Assembly: GCA_965223845.1 (NCBI GenBank)
Contig: CBDCXR010000004.1
Coordinates: 4,608,001 to 4,672,000 of the forward strand
Length of the DNA: 64,000 bases
Source: Planctomycetota bacterium
Lineage (GTDB): Bacteria > Planctomycetota > UBA8108 > SXIK01
Reading direction: 5' to 3'
Position numbers and translations under genes: made by a program. Positions within the stretch are counted from its first letter, which is position 1. Every line of letters begins with the position of its first letter. Shown piece after piece: positions 1-9,201 of this stretch. The notes beneath the pieces are model-generated. The model was not told the origin of the DNA. It saw only the letters and a program-made list of their open reading frames with translations, and did not search any database.

Positions 1-76
1 TCGGATCTTTTTTTCGCTCTTTCGCCCAGTCCGGGCGACAAGAAGATGAACGACGAGAGTTCGAGGCCTACGGTCG

Positions 77-3000
77 ATGAGCATCCACGCCGAAGAGAGA
101 GTTCTCTGGAAGCGCTGGCGGGACGAGAAAGATCCCGACGCGTTCACGGAGATCATCTCGCGCCATTCGGGGCTCGTTCACTCGGCCTGCCGGCGAGTGC
201 TCGGAAGCGCGGCGGACGCGGACGACGTGACGCAGGAGTGTTTCGTCGAGCTTCTCGACGAGCGCCGGGACGTGCGTTCCGTTCCGGCGTGGCTGCACAC
301 GATTGCCGTACGCCGATCGATCGATCGCCTCCGACGCCGGCGACGCGAGGAGCAAAAGAAGCGGGAGCTCTCCGCGGGCGGCGCAACGGAGACGTCCGAC
401 CTCGATGAGGCACTCGGCCATCTCGACGCGGTGGTCGAGAGTCTTCCCTCGTCGCTCCGCGTTCCCGTCGTACTCCGCTTCTTCGAAGGGCGAACCCACG
501 CCGCGATCGGGAAGGAGCTCGGCATCGCTCCGTCCGCCGTGCGCTATCGCCTCGAGAAGGCACTCGCCCGAATGCGGAGCGAGTTTAAGCGGCGAGGCTT
601 GATCGCCGGAGCGGCGTTCGTCTCGTCCGTTCTCGGTTCGAATCTGGTCGAGGCGGCGCCACCGGCGCTCGCGAAGGCGCTCGGGAAGCTCGCCCTCGTC
701 CGCAGCCTTCGCGCGAGACCGTCGATCGAACCGGACGCGGGGAGGATTCCTTCCGGACTCGAGCTCGGTGTGAGGTGGTTCGTCATGAGCCTGAAGCTGA
801 AGTGGGTCGTTGGTGGTCTGGCGCTGGTTTTGGCTCTTCTCCTCTTCTACTTTCGGCCGTCCCCGACTCCGGACGGCGGGGCGGCGAGCGATCTCGCCAC
901 CGCGGACGACACTAGGAGCACGATCGTAGACTTCGCTGCAAGCGTGCGCTGGAACGACACGGGCGAGCCCGTCGTCGGCGCGCGTCTCGAGTGGACGGCC
1001 GAAGGGATCGAATCCGCAAGTGCGACGACCGATGCGTCGGGACGCGGAGCGGTACGGGTGGAATCGATCTCTGGGGCCGTTCGAGTGTCCGCCGATCATC
1101 CCGGCGCACTCACACCGGTGACCATCGAGCTTGCCGCGGGCGGTGAACTTGCAGCAGAGATCGACCTCGAGCCGCGCGTGTTCGGCGCGACGGTCGTCGA
1201 CGCGCTCAGCGGTGATCCGATCGAGTCGGCGCTCGTCGCCGCGGGTGAAACCTCCGGCGCGACAGACGCGCGCGGGGCGGTCTCGCTCCGGCTCGTCGAC
1301 GCGGCCGTTCGCGTCGTCACCGTTACCGCACGGGGCTACGTCGCCGGGCGACTCGAGCTCGCGCCCGAAGACTCTCGAGAGTCACTTGGGGAAATCCCGC
1401 TCGACCCTGCGCTCACGGTTCGGTGCGTCGACGAGACGGGTGCACCCGTGGCCGACGCGGAGGTCTTCGTCGCGAGCGTTCTCCACCCGATCGCCGGCAA
1501 ACCGATCGACCCCAGCGAAGAGACCGTTCAAGAACACGGTCCCGTGCAATCGGGCGTCGATGGATCGGCTTCGTTCGAGACGATCTCCGTCCTTCCTCGC
1601 GGAGAAAGCGAATCTCGTGTGGTCTTCGCGCGGATTCCCCAAGTTCGATCCGGGTTCGCGCAGCTCTTCACCCGGGAGGATGATCCGCGGGTGGAACCGA
1701 TCGAAGTCGTGCTGCAGCCGATCATGAAGGTCGCCGGCACGGTTCTCGTACCCGACGGGTTTTCACCGACGAAAGCCAGAGTGCGACTCCTCTACACGGG
1801 CTCGCCGCCATTTTCGCGGCTCTCGGATCGGCGGACGCTCTTCTCCGATCACTTCGATGCCGCACCAAACGAGTCGGGCGAGTTCGAGCTCCCCGGAGCG
1901 CCGTGGGGCGCGACCGTCGCGGTTGGCGCCGAAGCGCCGGGGCTCGGCCAAGCCCAGTTCGCGAGCGCCGAACCCGAAGCGCTGCGCGCGATCGTTCTCG
2001 AAATGCGCGCGGAAGGTGTGATCGAGGGGACTCTCGCGTTCGCCGAAAGCGGCGAGCCGGCCGCTGGCGTCGTGCTCGTCGCCCATCCGCACGAAGACGT
2101 TCCGGCCGACGAAAACTTCGAGGCCGTCGTCGGTGAAGATGGCGCGTTCCGGTTCGACGGACTCGGCGTGAACGCGTATACGATCAACCTTCACCGCTCG
2201 CTTCACGGCGGTGAGTACACGATGGCCGTCTCAAAGCTGATTCGAATCGATTCAGGAGAAACCGTGCGCGGAGTCGATCTCGAGCTCGAGCGGGGCGCGC
2301 TCGTTTCCGGCCGGATCGTCGACGAGAGTACGGGAAGGACCGTCGCCTCGGCGATGGTCGGTGCGGTCAGCGGCGCGGGACCGCACACACAGGCCATCGG
2401 ATACGCACCGGCGACGAAGTCCGACGGACGCTGGGAGCTTCGCCTGCCCACCGGCAGAACGAAGGTCTACCTCGCCATGATCCCCCGCGGATTCGCGCGC
2501 GACCGAAACTTGAGCCAGCGGTGGATCGACATCGCACCCGGCGAGGAGTCCAAGGAAGGAATCGATTTCTTATTGCGGCCGGGCGCGCAGCGCATCCCCG
2601 GTTTGCCCGAACCCGGCGAAACCTACGCGAACGTCCACGGTCGCGTCGTCGACACCGACGGAGCTCCGCTCGCCGGCATCGAAGTGGCTGCTCATCGGCA
2701 GTACCACGTGGAAGAGGACGCGAAGAAGCGGAAGTTCTTCGTCAACCCGACGGCGCGCACGCGGACGAGCGCCGAAGGTGTCTACACGGTGCAAGTGATC
2801 GCCGAGAAGCCGTACAAGATCCGAGCGTCGGGAACGAAGTGGAGCTCGACCTGGAGTCCACAGCTGAGCGTCGAGACGAACGACACGACTGCGATCGACG
2901 ACCTCGTGCTTCGCGCGGGAACGAGCACGATCACCGGAATCGTCGTCGACTCGAAAGGACAGCCGCTCGAAGGTGCCCGATTGATCGTCTCGTCGGAGAG

Positions 3001-3679
3001 CAAAGCCCGGCGACTCGACGCGTTTCCCACGACGGACGCGACGGGGTCGTTTCGCATCGAATATCTCATCGCAGGCGAACCCGTCGAAGTCACCGCGACG
3101 CGAGCCGGTTACCATGCAACTCGACGCCGAGTCGCGCCGGGTGCGACCGACATTCGTCTCGAGCTCGACTCGGAATCCGCAAGGTCGGCCGGCGGAGACG
3201 ATCACCGCCCCGCGATCGTGAGCGCCGCGGATGCCATCGGGAGCGCCGCGCCCGAGTGGAGCGTCGCGGAGTGGATTCGCGCCCCGCGCGCTTCCACGTC
3301 CGTGCCACGTGCCGGCAGCGTGCCGACCGTGATCCTGTTTCCCCGGCTGATGGCCGATGCCGAGGGAATCGCCAGCGAGCTGCAAGAGTTCGAGACCATC
3401 TGCCGGGAAGCGAGGACGAATCCGGTCGCGCTCCTTCCGCGCCGCTACGACGCCAGCTACGTAGAGTGGGCACTCGAGGGGCGGCGCCTCTCCCTCGCGG
3501 TCGGCATCGATCGCAGCGTCCCGGGCGTTCACATGGGGGAGACCGCGCTCGCTTTCGGGCGCGCGGGCAACATCACGATCGTGATCCTATCGCCCGAAGG
3601 CATCGTGAGCGCGGTTACGTCGTCCCTAAGCGATCTCCGCGAAAAGCTCGCTGCGACGGAAACGAGCTCGGGCGAGTGA
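77..3679 (+). CDS. ECF sigma-70 factor fused to a TM helix, repeated carboxypeptidase-regulatory-like beta-sandwich domains and a degenerate C-terminal thioredoxin-like domain
   Basis: Sigma region 2 (DADDVTQECFVELL, AWLHTIAVRRSID) and region 4 (LRFFEGRTHAAIGKELG, VRYRLEKALARMR). TM WVVGGLALVLALLLFYF, then repeated G-x-V-V-D-x-x-G-x-P-L-x-G-A modules. Confidence 0.9.
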   Translation: MSIHAEERVLWKRWRDEKDPDAFTEIISRHSGLVHSACRRVLGSAADADDVTQECFVELLDERRDVRSVPAWLHTIAVRRSIDRLRRRRREEQKKRELSAGGATETSDLDEALGHLDAVVESLPSSLRVPVVLRFFEGRTHAAIGKELGIAPSAVRYRLEKALARMRSEFKRRGLIAGAAFVSSVLGSNLVEAAPPALAKALGKLALVRSLRARPSIEPDAGRIPSGLELGVRWFVMSLKLKWVVGGLALVLALLLFYFRPSPTPDGGAASDLATADDTRSTIVDFAASVRWNDTGEPVVGARLEWTAEGIESASATTDASGRGAVRVESISGAVRVSADHPGALTPVTIELAAGGELAAEIDLEPRVFGATVVDALSGDPIESALVAAGETSGATDARGAVSLRLVDAAVRVVTVTARGYVAGRLELAPEDSRESLGEIPLDPALTVRCVDETGAPVADAEVFVASVLHPIAGKPIDPSEETVQEHGPVQSGVDGSASFETISVLPRGESESRVVFARIPQVRSGFAQLFTREDDPRVEPIEVVLQPIMKVAGTVLVPDGFSPTKARVRLLYTGSPPFSRLSDRRTLFSDHFDAAPNESGEFELPGAPWGATVAVGAEAPGLGQAQFASAEPEALRAIVLEMRAEGVIEGTLAFAESGEPAAGVVLVAHPHEDVPADENFEAVVGEDGAFRFDGLGVNAYTINLHRSLHGGEYTMAVSKLIRIDSGETVRGVDLELERGALVSGRIVDESTGRTVASAMVGAVSGAGPHTQAIGYAPATKSDGRWELRLPTGRTKVYLAMIPRGFARDRNLSQRWIDIAPGEESKEGIDFLLRPGAQRIPGLPEPGETYANVHGRVVDTDGAPLAGIEVAAHRQYHVEEDAKKRKFFVNPTARTRTSAEGVYTVQVIAEKPYKIRASGTKWSSTWSPQLSVETNDTTAIDDLVLRAGTSTITGIVVDSKGQPLEGARLIVSSESKARRLDAFPTTDATGSFRIEYLIAGEPVEVTATRAGYHATRRRVAPGATDIRLELDSESARSAGGDDHRPAIVSAADAIGSAAPEWSVAEWIRAPRASTSVPRAGSVPTVILFPRLMADAEGIASELQEFETICREARTNPVALLPRRYDASYVEWALEGRRLSLAVGIDRSVPGVHMGETALAFGRAGNITIVILSPEGIVSAVTSSLSDLREKLAATETSSGE

Positions 3680-3745
3680 GCGGGCCAACCGTCGGACCCG
3701 ATTCAGTGTTGGAAGACGGCCCCGAGCAGGGCAAGATCCGATCCC

Positions 3746-4357
3746 ATGGACCTCGCCCAGATCTTCGGCCCGATCGACATCTACCTCTTCGACCAGATCC
3801 TGCGCGGACGGATCCGCCCAGGAATGCGGATCTTCGACGCCGGCTGTGGCGGCGGCCGCAATCTCGTCTACTTCCTTCGCGAAGCGTACGAGGTCTTCGC
3901 CGCCGACCAGGATGAGTCTGCCATCGCGAGCGTCCGCGAGCTGGCGCGCCGACTCGCGCCGCGTCTCCCTGCCGAGAACTTTCGGCCCGAGAAGCTCAGC
4001 GCGGTTACGTTTCCCGAAGGCTTCGCCGATGTCGTGCTCAGCAATGCGGTGCTTCACTTCGCCCGCGACGACGACGACTTCGCGGCGATCCTCCGCGAAT
4101 CCTGGCGCACGCTTCGCCCGGGAGGACTCTTTTTCTGCCGACTCGCCTCGACGATCGGCATGGAATCCCGAATGCAGCGAATCGCAGGGCGACGATTTCG
4201 CCTGCCCGATGGTTCGGATCGCTACCTCGTCGACGAGTCGATTCTTCTCGACTGGACGGAGAAGCTCGGCGGCGAGCTCGTCGATCCGCTCAAGACGACG
4301 GTCGTGCAGAATCAGCGTTGTATGACGACTTGGGTTGTGCGGAAAGGCTCGCCCTAA
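3746..4357 (+). CDS. Class I SAM-dependent methyltransferase
   Basis: Motif I IFDAGCGGGRN; DVVLSNAVLHF; LRPGGLFF. Confidence 0.9.
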   Translation: MDLAQIFGPIDIYLFDQILRGRIRPGMRIFDAGCGGGRNLVYFLREAYEVFAADQDESAIASVRELARRLAPRLPAENFRPEKLSAVTFPEGFADVVLSNAVLHFARDDDDFAAILRESWRTLRPGGLFFCRLASTIGMESRMQRIAGRRFRLPDGSDRYLVDESILLDWTEKLGGELVDPLKTTVVQNQRCMTTWVVRKGSP

Positions 4358-4498
4358 ACGAGGCGCGCGAAGAACGGTCGCAGTTCGCACCGCCGGGAAA
4401 CACTCTCGAGTACAATGTGACTCTCTCGAGAAGTCTTCCCATAGGAGCTGCTGGAGTAGACGCGCCGTTCTTACGATCGCGCGATTTGGAAAGACTCG

Positions 4499-5140
4499 AT
4501 GAAAACTGAAGGCCGCGCCACGAAGCGCAGACGCAGGATCGTCACCATCGTGCTGGGCGCCGCCGGTATCGGTGTCCTGCTGCTCTCGCTGGTTTTCTCG
4601 AAGGAATTCTTCGTCGTCTACTACGTTGACCGAATGGAATCCGACGCTGGTTTTCTGAATGAACTCACGGGGGATCTCGAAGACAGCACCAAGCACGAGG
4701 CGTTCCAGCGGTTCGTGAAAAGGCCAGAGGCGGTCCCCTTACTTATCGATGCCCTCCTTGCGCAGCCGTGGGACCCCTTCGAGAACGAGGAAGCACCGCC
4801 TATCGCGAACGCTCTCGTAGTTCTGGGGCCGAGCGCTGTTTCAGAACTCCAGGCATTCCTCGAAACTTGTGACCTCACGACGTATCAGGGCGAAGACAAA
4901 ATCCTCAAGGTGTTGGAACTCATAGGGACGAAAGCGAAATCCACGACCCCGATCGTTTCACAGCAGCTGAAGCATGATTACTGGGAGCTTCGGGAACTAG
5001 CCGTGAGCACATTGGGCGAGTTCGGCAAGGAAAGCGAAGCCGCACGGGCAGTGCTGCGAGCGGCCGTCAAAGAAAAGACGGACGTCAGAGGCGACGCGTG
5101 GGAGGCCCTGAAGAAACTCGGAGAAAAATGGCCTGAGTAG
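4499..5140 (+). CDS. Membrane-anchored HEAT-repeat protein
   Basis: Basic N-terminus plus hydrophobic helix; HEAT-like units (ELRELAVSTLGEFG, VRGDAWEALKKLG); visibly lower GC than neighbours. Confidence 0.7.
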   Translation: MKTEGRATKRRRRIVTIVLGAAGIGVLLLSLVFSKEFFVVYYVDRMESDAGFLNELTGDLEDSTKHEAFQRFVKRPEAVPLLIDALLAQPWDPFENEEAPPIANALVVLGPSAVSELQAFLETCDLTTYQGEDKILKVLELIGTKAKSTTPIVSQQLKHDYWELRELAVSTLGEFGKESEAARAVLRAAVKEKTDVRGDAWEALKKLGEKWPE

Positions 5141-5163
5141 TAACGCGAGACCTCTTCTGTAAA

Positions 5164-5188
5164 GAGTCTCACTGAAGAGATGAGACTC
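5164..5188. terminator. Candidate hairpin between convergent genes
   Basis: GAGTCTCA-N9-TGAGACTC 8-bp stem; no clear U-tract. Confidence 0.3.
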
Positions 5189-5282
5189 CAGACGAGTTGC
5201 AATCGCGAATTACGCGACCGATCGGCGAAACGTCAAAAGTCGGCCACCCTCTCTGGCTATCCGAAAGAGCGAGGAACCGCGC

Positions 5283-5900
5283 TCACCGATACTTCTCGTG
5301 CATGCGCTCGCCTCGCGCTAGCTGATCGAGCGCCTTCGCGAGTCGTCGCTTCCTTGTCTCCTCTCGCTTCGCTGAGGCGATCCACTCGCAATACTCGCGC
5401 TGCGCCGAAGGCGGAAGCGAGTCGAAAAAAGCTCGTGCCTTCGCGTTCTTCTTGAGGCCGAACGCCTCTTCGAACTCAGCCGGAACCGCGACGGGCGGTT
5501 TCACCCTCTTCTTCCCCTGAGGCTCTACTCCTTCCGCGTCCAGTCGCGCTGCCTGCCGCACGAGCGCGACGAGAGACGCCTCGGGAATCGAGTCGCCCTC
5601 GAGCAACTTCACGCCGCGCGACTTGGCGTTGTCGAGGCCGTGGTTGAACACTCCGTCCGGGTCGTCGATGAACGCGCCGCGAAAGAAGTCGACGGTGAGG
5701 TGCTTCTTGAACGCCGCGAACCCGCACACGAGCGACTCGCCGGCGAAGCAGGGACAACCCCACTTCCAGTCTTCCTCGAGATCCGGCGCCGCGCGGTGGA
5801 CGATCGCCCGTAGGCGAGTGCACACCTCATCCCAGGGCGCGGGGAGCGCGGCGATGTAGGTATCGATTTTGGCGGAGGCTTCGGGGTGGCGCTGAGTCAT
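5283..5900 (-). CDS. YdeI/OmpD-associated family protein (DUF1801 plus OmdA-like domain)
   Basis: LEEDWKWGCP, AAFKKH, FFRGA; C-terminal FDSLPPSAQREYCEWIASAKREETRKRRL. Confidence 0.9.
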   Translation of the reverse strand: MTQRHPEASAKIDTYIAALPAPWDEVCTRLRAIVHRAAPDLEEDWKWGCPCFAGESLVCGFAAFKKHLTVDFFRGAFIDDPDGVFNHGLDNAKSRGVKLLEGDSIPEASLVALVRQAARLDAEGVEPQGKKRVKPPVAVPAEFEEAFGLKKNAKARAFFDSLPPSAQREYCEWIASAKREETRKRRLAKALDQLARGERMHEKYR

Positions 5901-5951
5901 TCGGGCTCGCCGCGGCGGCGCTTGGGTTTTTTGGGTTTCTCGGGAAGAGGT

Positions 5952-6207
5952 TCACACGAAGGACGCGAAGGACCGCGAAGGCAGACGAAGGGAGGAGAGA
6001 AGAGAAGAGAGATGGATGGGGAGGAGCCTGGGCGTACAAGACGAAGGGTGGAATTCCGCGACGGGATTCTCACGCCCCTGGTTCCGCGAGGTGGAGAAGA
6101 CGCGTCTCACTCTAACGCCTAAGCGATCGAGATCGATCATCTGCGAGTGCACTCTCTCATTCACTCTTCTTCGTCTGCCTTCGCGGTCCTTCGCGCTCTT
6201 CGTGTGA
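5952..6207. repeat. 39-bp imperfect inverted repeat pair flanking a 178-bp spacer (REP/MITE-like)
   Basis: 5952-5990 TCACACGAAGGACGCGAAGGACCGCGAAGGCAGACGAAG matches the reverse complement of 6169-6207 at 37/39 positions; arms are built of CGAAG subrepeats. Confidence 0.85.
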
Positions 6208-6234
6208 GTTCTTATCCCCATGCGCCCCACCGCA

Positions 6235-6591
6235 CTAGGAGTTTGCGATCTCGACGAGCACGTCCGCATGGCAATGTCCCGGCGGCGCACCGCACGGACA
6301 ACCGAGGTCGAACCCGCGGAGCTCCTCGCGGACCGTGTCCGTCGAGTAATCGAGTCGACCGCTCTCGAGAGCCTCTCGGTAACGCGCGATCGATTCGGCG
6401 TTCGTCTCGCACAGAAGATCGGCGACGGCGATCCCCCACTTCTCGGAGTATTTCCGAACGAGGCGCGGAGGCTTCTCGAGGTCGACTTTGCCGACCGGGA
6501 ACGGATTCCCCCACCTCGTGTTGCGCCCGACGAGTCGCTGGCGGTCCTTATCGACGCGCTGAAACCGCTTCGCGGCAAATCGCTTTGGCAT
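6235..6591 (-). CDS. DUF4326 domain protein
   Basis: VGRNTRWGNPF ... ELRGFDLGCPCG...CHADVLVEIAN signature; ATG at 6591 preceded by AAGGGG. Confidence 0.8.
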   Translation of the reverse strand: MPKRFAAKRFQRVDKDRQRLVGRNTRWGNPFPVGKVDLEKPPRLVRKYSEKWGIAVADLLCETNAESIARYREALESGRLDYSTDTVREELRGFDLGCPCGAPPGHCHADVLVEIANS

Positions 6592-6774
6592 CTGTTCGGC
6601 CCCCTTTGCGATGGCGCAGATGACGTCCGGCTCACCGTCCCTCGAAAGCGCGGCGGCACAAGGCGCGGAGTCAGCCGAACACCTCGTGGATTTCGTCCGC
6701 CCGCTACCCGACAATGCGGTCTTCTCGATAACCGATCTGCGCCGTAGCTCGCCCTCTCACTCGGAGATTCGTTC

Positions 6775-7911
6775 ATGTCCCACGCACGCTGGATTCTCAG
6801 CCTACTCTTTCTTCCCGGGCTCGTCTCGTTCGGATGGACGCAAGTCCCCGAGAGCGCGTTCAATCGCGACCCTTGGCCGATGGTGAAGGAAGGTCCCGTC
6901 AAGGTATTCATCCTGGCCGGGCAGTCGAACATGCAGGGGCACGCCTCGCTCCGCACGCTCGAGTATCTCATCTACAACGAAGAGACCGCGGCGGACTACG
7001 AACACTGGAAGACCCACGACGGACGGTGGCACGAACGGCGCGATGTGTGGATTTGGACCACCGACGGCAAGCGAGGCGGCAACCTGAAACCCGGCTACGG
7101 TGCGAACGAGATGAAGCTCGGACCCGAGCTCGCGTTCGGCTGGGAGCTCGGGAAGCATCTTCCCGAGCAGGTCCTCCTCATCAAAACGTGCTGGGGCGGG
7201 CGCAGCGTGAAACGCGACTTTCTTCCACCCTCGGGGGACATGCCGCCGGACGAAGTGCTCGCGGCGGAGCTCGAACGCGGACAAAAGCGCAATCCGAACC
7301 TCACCCTCGACGAAGTGAAATCTCGCTACGGGAAGGCCTACCGCGACATGATCGCGCACGTGAAGGATGTACTCGGGAATCTAAAGGAGCATTTCCCGGA
7401 CTACGACGCGGAGCGAGGGCACGAGCTCGCGGGCTTTGTCTTCTTTCAAGGCTGGAACGACATGGTGGACGGGTCGCAGCGCGGCGAGAAATACGTCAAC
7501 TACACGACGCGCCTCGCGCACCTCATCCGGGACATGCGTCGGGACCTCGGCGCACCGAAGCTTCCCGTCGTCATCGGCGAGCTCGGCGCGAACGGGAAGC
7601 GCGGCGATTTCCAAACGGCGCAGAAAGCGGTTGCGGCGATCCCCGAATTCGCGGGGAACGTCCAGTTCGTCGAGACCTGTGAGTTCTGGGAGCCGGAAGT
7701 TGCCGAGCTCGTGAACCAGGGCGTGTGGAAGGGTCCCGATTGGGTGAAGTTCTACAACGTCGGCTCCGACCGCGGATACCACTACCTCGGGAGCGCAAAG
7801 ATCTACTCCCGGATGGGGAAGGCGTTCGGCGAAGGGATGATCTCGCTTCTCGACGCGAGTGCGTCCTCTTCCGCCGGCGACGACTCGGAGGCGACGTCCG
7901 GCTCAGAGTAG
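6775..7911 (+). CDS. Secreted sialate O-acetylesterase / CE6-type SGNH esterase
   Basis: Signal peptide; VFILAGQSNMQG, GPELAFG, FFQGWND, YHY motifs. Confidence 0.88.
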   Translation: MSHARWILSLLFLPGLVSFGWTQVPESAFNRDPWPMVKEGPVKVFILAGQSNMQGHASLRTLEYLIYNEETAADYEHWKTHDGRWHERRDVWIWTTDGKRGGNLKPGYGANEMKLGPELAFGWELGKHLPEQVLLIKTCWGGRSVKRDFLPPSGDMPPDEVLAAELERGQKRNPNLTLDEVKSRYGKAYRDMIAHVKDVLGNLKEHFPDYDAERGHELAGFVFFQGWNDMVDGSQRGEKYVNYTTRLAHLIRDMRRDLGAPKLPVVIGELGANGKRGDFQTAQKAVAAIPEFAGNVQFVETCEFWEPEVAELVNQGVWKGPDWVKFYNVGSDRGYHYLGSAKIYSRMGKAFGEGMISLLDASASSSAGDDSEATSGSE

Positions 7912-9201
7912 CAACTCGAGTGCGTCGGAGGCTGTCTTCGCGCCGTCTTCCTCGGCGATCTCGCGCGCGACGCGTTCCGCCGACTCGAGGTAGGATTCGT
8001 TCTCGAGGAGGGCGCGCAGCTCCGCCGCGACGCGCCTCGCGCGATACTTCGCTGGCGCGAGAACGCGCACTGCGCCGAGACGTTCCGCGCGAAACGCGTT
8101 GTCGTTCTGGTCGTGGGCGTGCGGCACGATAAGAGCCGGACGCGCGCTCCGGAGCGCCATGCCGGTAGCTCCTATGCCGCCCGCGTGAACGACCGCCGCG
8201 GCGCGAGCGAAGAGGGGAGCGAACGGAGCGTAGGCGATGCAGAAGATTCGCTTCGAGTCGACCGGAAAGAGATTTCGCTCGTCGGGGCCCGCGATCAATA
8301 CAGCGCGACGACCGAGGATCTCCGCGGCCGAGGCGCTTTCGCGAAAAAACCTTCCGGCGACCATCGCCGCCGATGAGCCGAGCGTAAAGACGATCGGCGG
8401 CTCACCGTCCGAGAGGAAACTCTCGAGCTCACGCGGCAAGTCGCCGTCCGGCCCCTCGCCGTACCACGGAAAGCCGGTGAGCTTCGTCTGCGGCGGCCAG
8501 TCGCGCTGTTTCTCGCCGAGAAGCGGCGAAAAGAGCGCAAGGTGAAGCGCCGGTGAAAGGCTGTCGTAGATCGGGCTCTCCGCGCGAACCGGCGGGAGAT
8601 CGATGCTCGCTCGGAGTCGATCCCAAGGTTTGGCCCAACTCCGCGTCGCTCGCTTGGCGGTAGCGACGAAGGGTTTCCAAAACGGCGGACCGAGTCTCCG
8701 CAAGCCCTTCGACAAACCGGGAGCGAGCGGAAGGATCGATGGATCGTACGCAGAGAAAAAACCGAGCGGCTGAAGCGCGGCCGTCACCCACGCGATCCCT
8801 GTTTTCTCTGCGACGAGCCGCGCCGCCCAAGGGACATGCGCGACGAGCAGGTCAGCGTTTTCCGTCGCAGCTAGAGTGTCTTCGTAGGTGGCCCCGACGT
8901 TCGGAAGTAGGATTTCGCGGACGACGCGCACCGTCCCCGTTCGCGGCGCCATGATGCGCTTCATGAGCGCGGGATCCGTCGTCCAGTCCGCGTCGGGCCG
9001 CACGCGACGAAACTCGAGGCCGTGCGCCTCGACTTTCTCTCGGTAGCACTCGGCGGTTCCCACGACCGTTTCGTGACCGCGGGCACGGAGTTCCATCCCG
9101 AGAGCGAGGTACGGATGGAGATCGCCGAACGAGCCGGTCGTCGTCAGAACGATGCGACGCGGAACTCTCCGATTCCCGTCGGGTGCGGCGCGGTCACGCA
9201 T
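7903..9201 (-). CDS. GT1-family (UDP-sugar, GT-B fold) glycosyltransferase
   Basis: GSFGDLHPYLALG; VVHAGGIG; PHAHDQNDNA; start ATG overlaps the upstream stop (TGATG). Confidence 0.9.
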   Translation of the reverse strand: MRDRAAPDGNRRVPRRIVLTTTGSFGDLHPYLALGMELRARGHETVVGTAECYREKVEAHGLEFRRVRPDADWTTDPALMKRIMAPRTGTVRVVREILLPNVGATYEDTLAATENADLLVAHVPWAARLVAEKTGIAWVTAALQPLGFFSAYDPSILPLAPGLSKGLRRLGPPFWKPFVATAKRATRSWAKPWDRLRASIDLPPVRAESPIYDSLSPALHLALFSPLLGEKQRDWPPQTKLTGFPWYGEGPDGDLPRELESFLSDGEPPIVFTLGSSAAMVAGRFFRESASAAEILGRRAVLIAGPDERNLFPVDSKRIFCIAYAPFAPLFARAAAVVHAGGIGATGMALRSARPALIVPHAHDQNDNAFRAERLGAVRVLAPAKYRARRVAAELRALLENESYLESAERVAREIAEEDGAKTASDALELLL

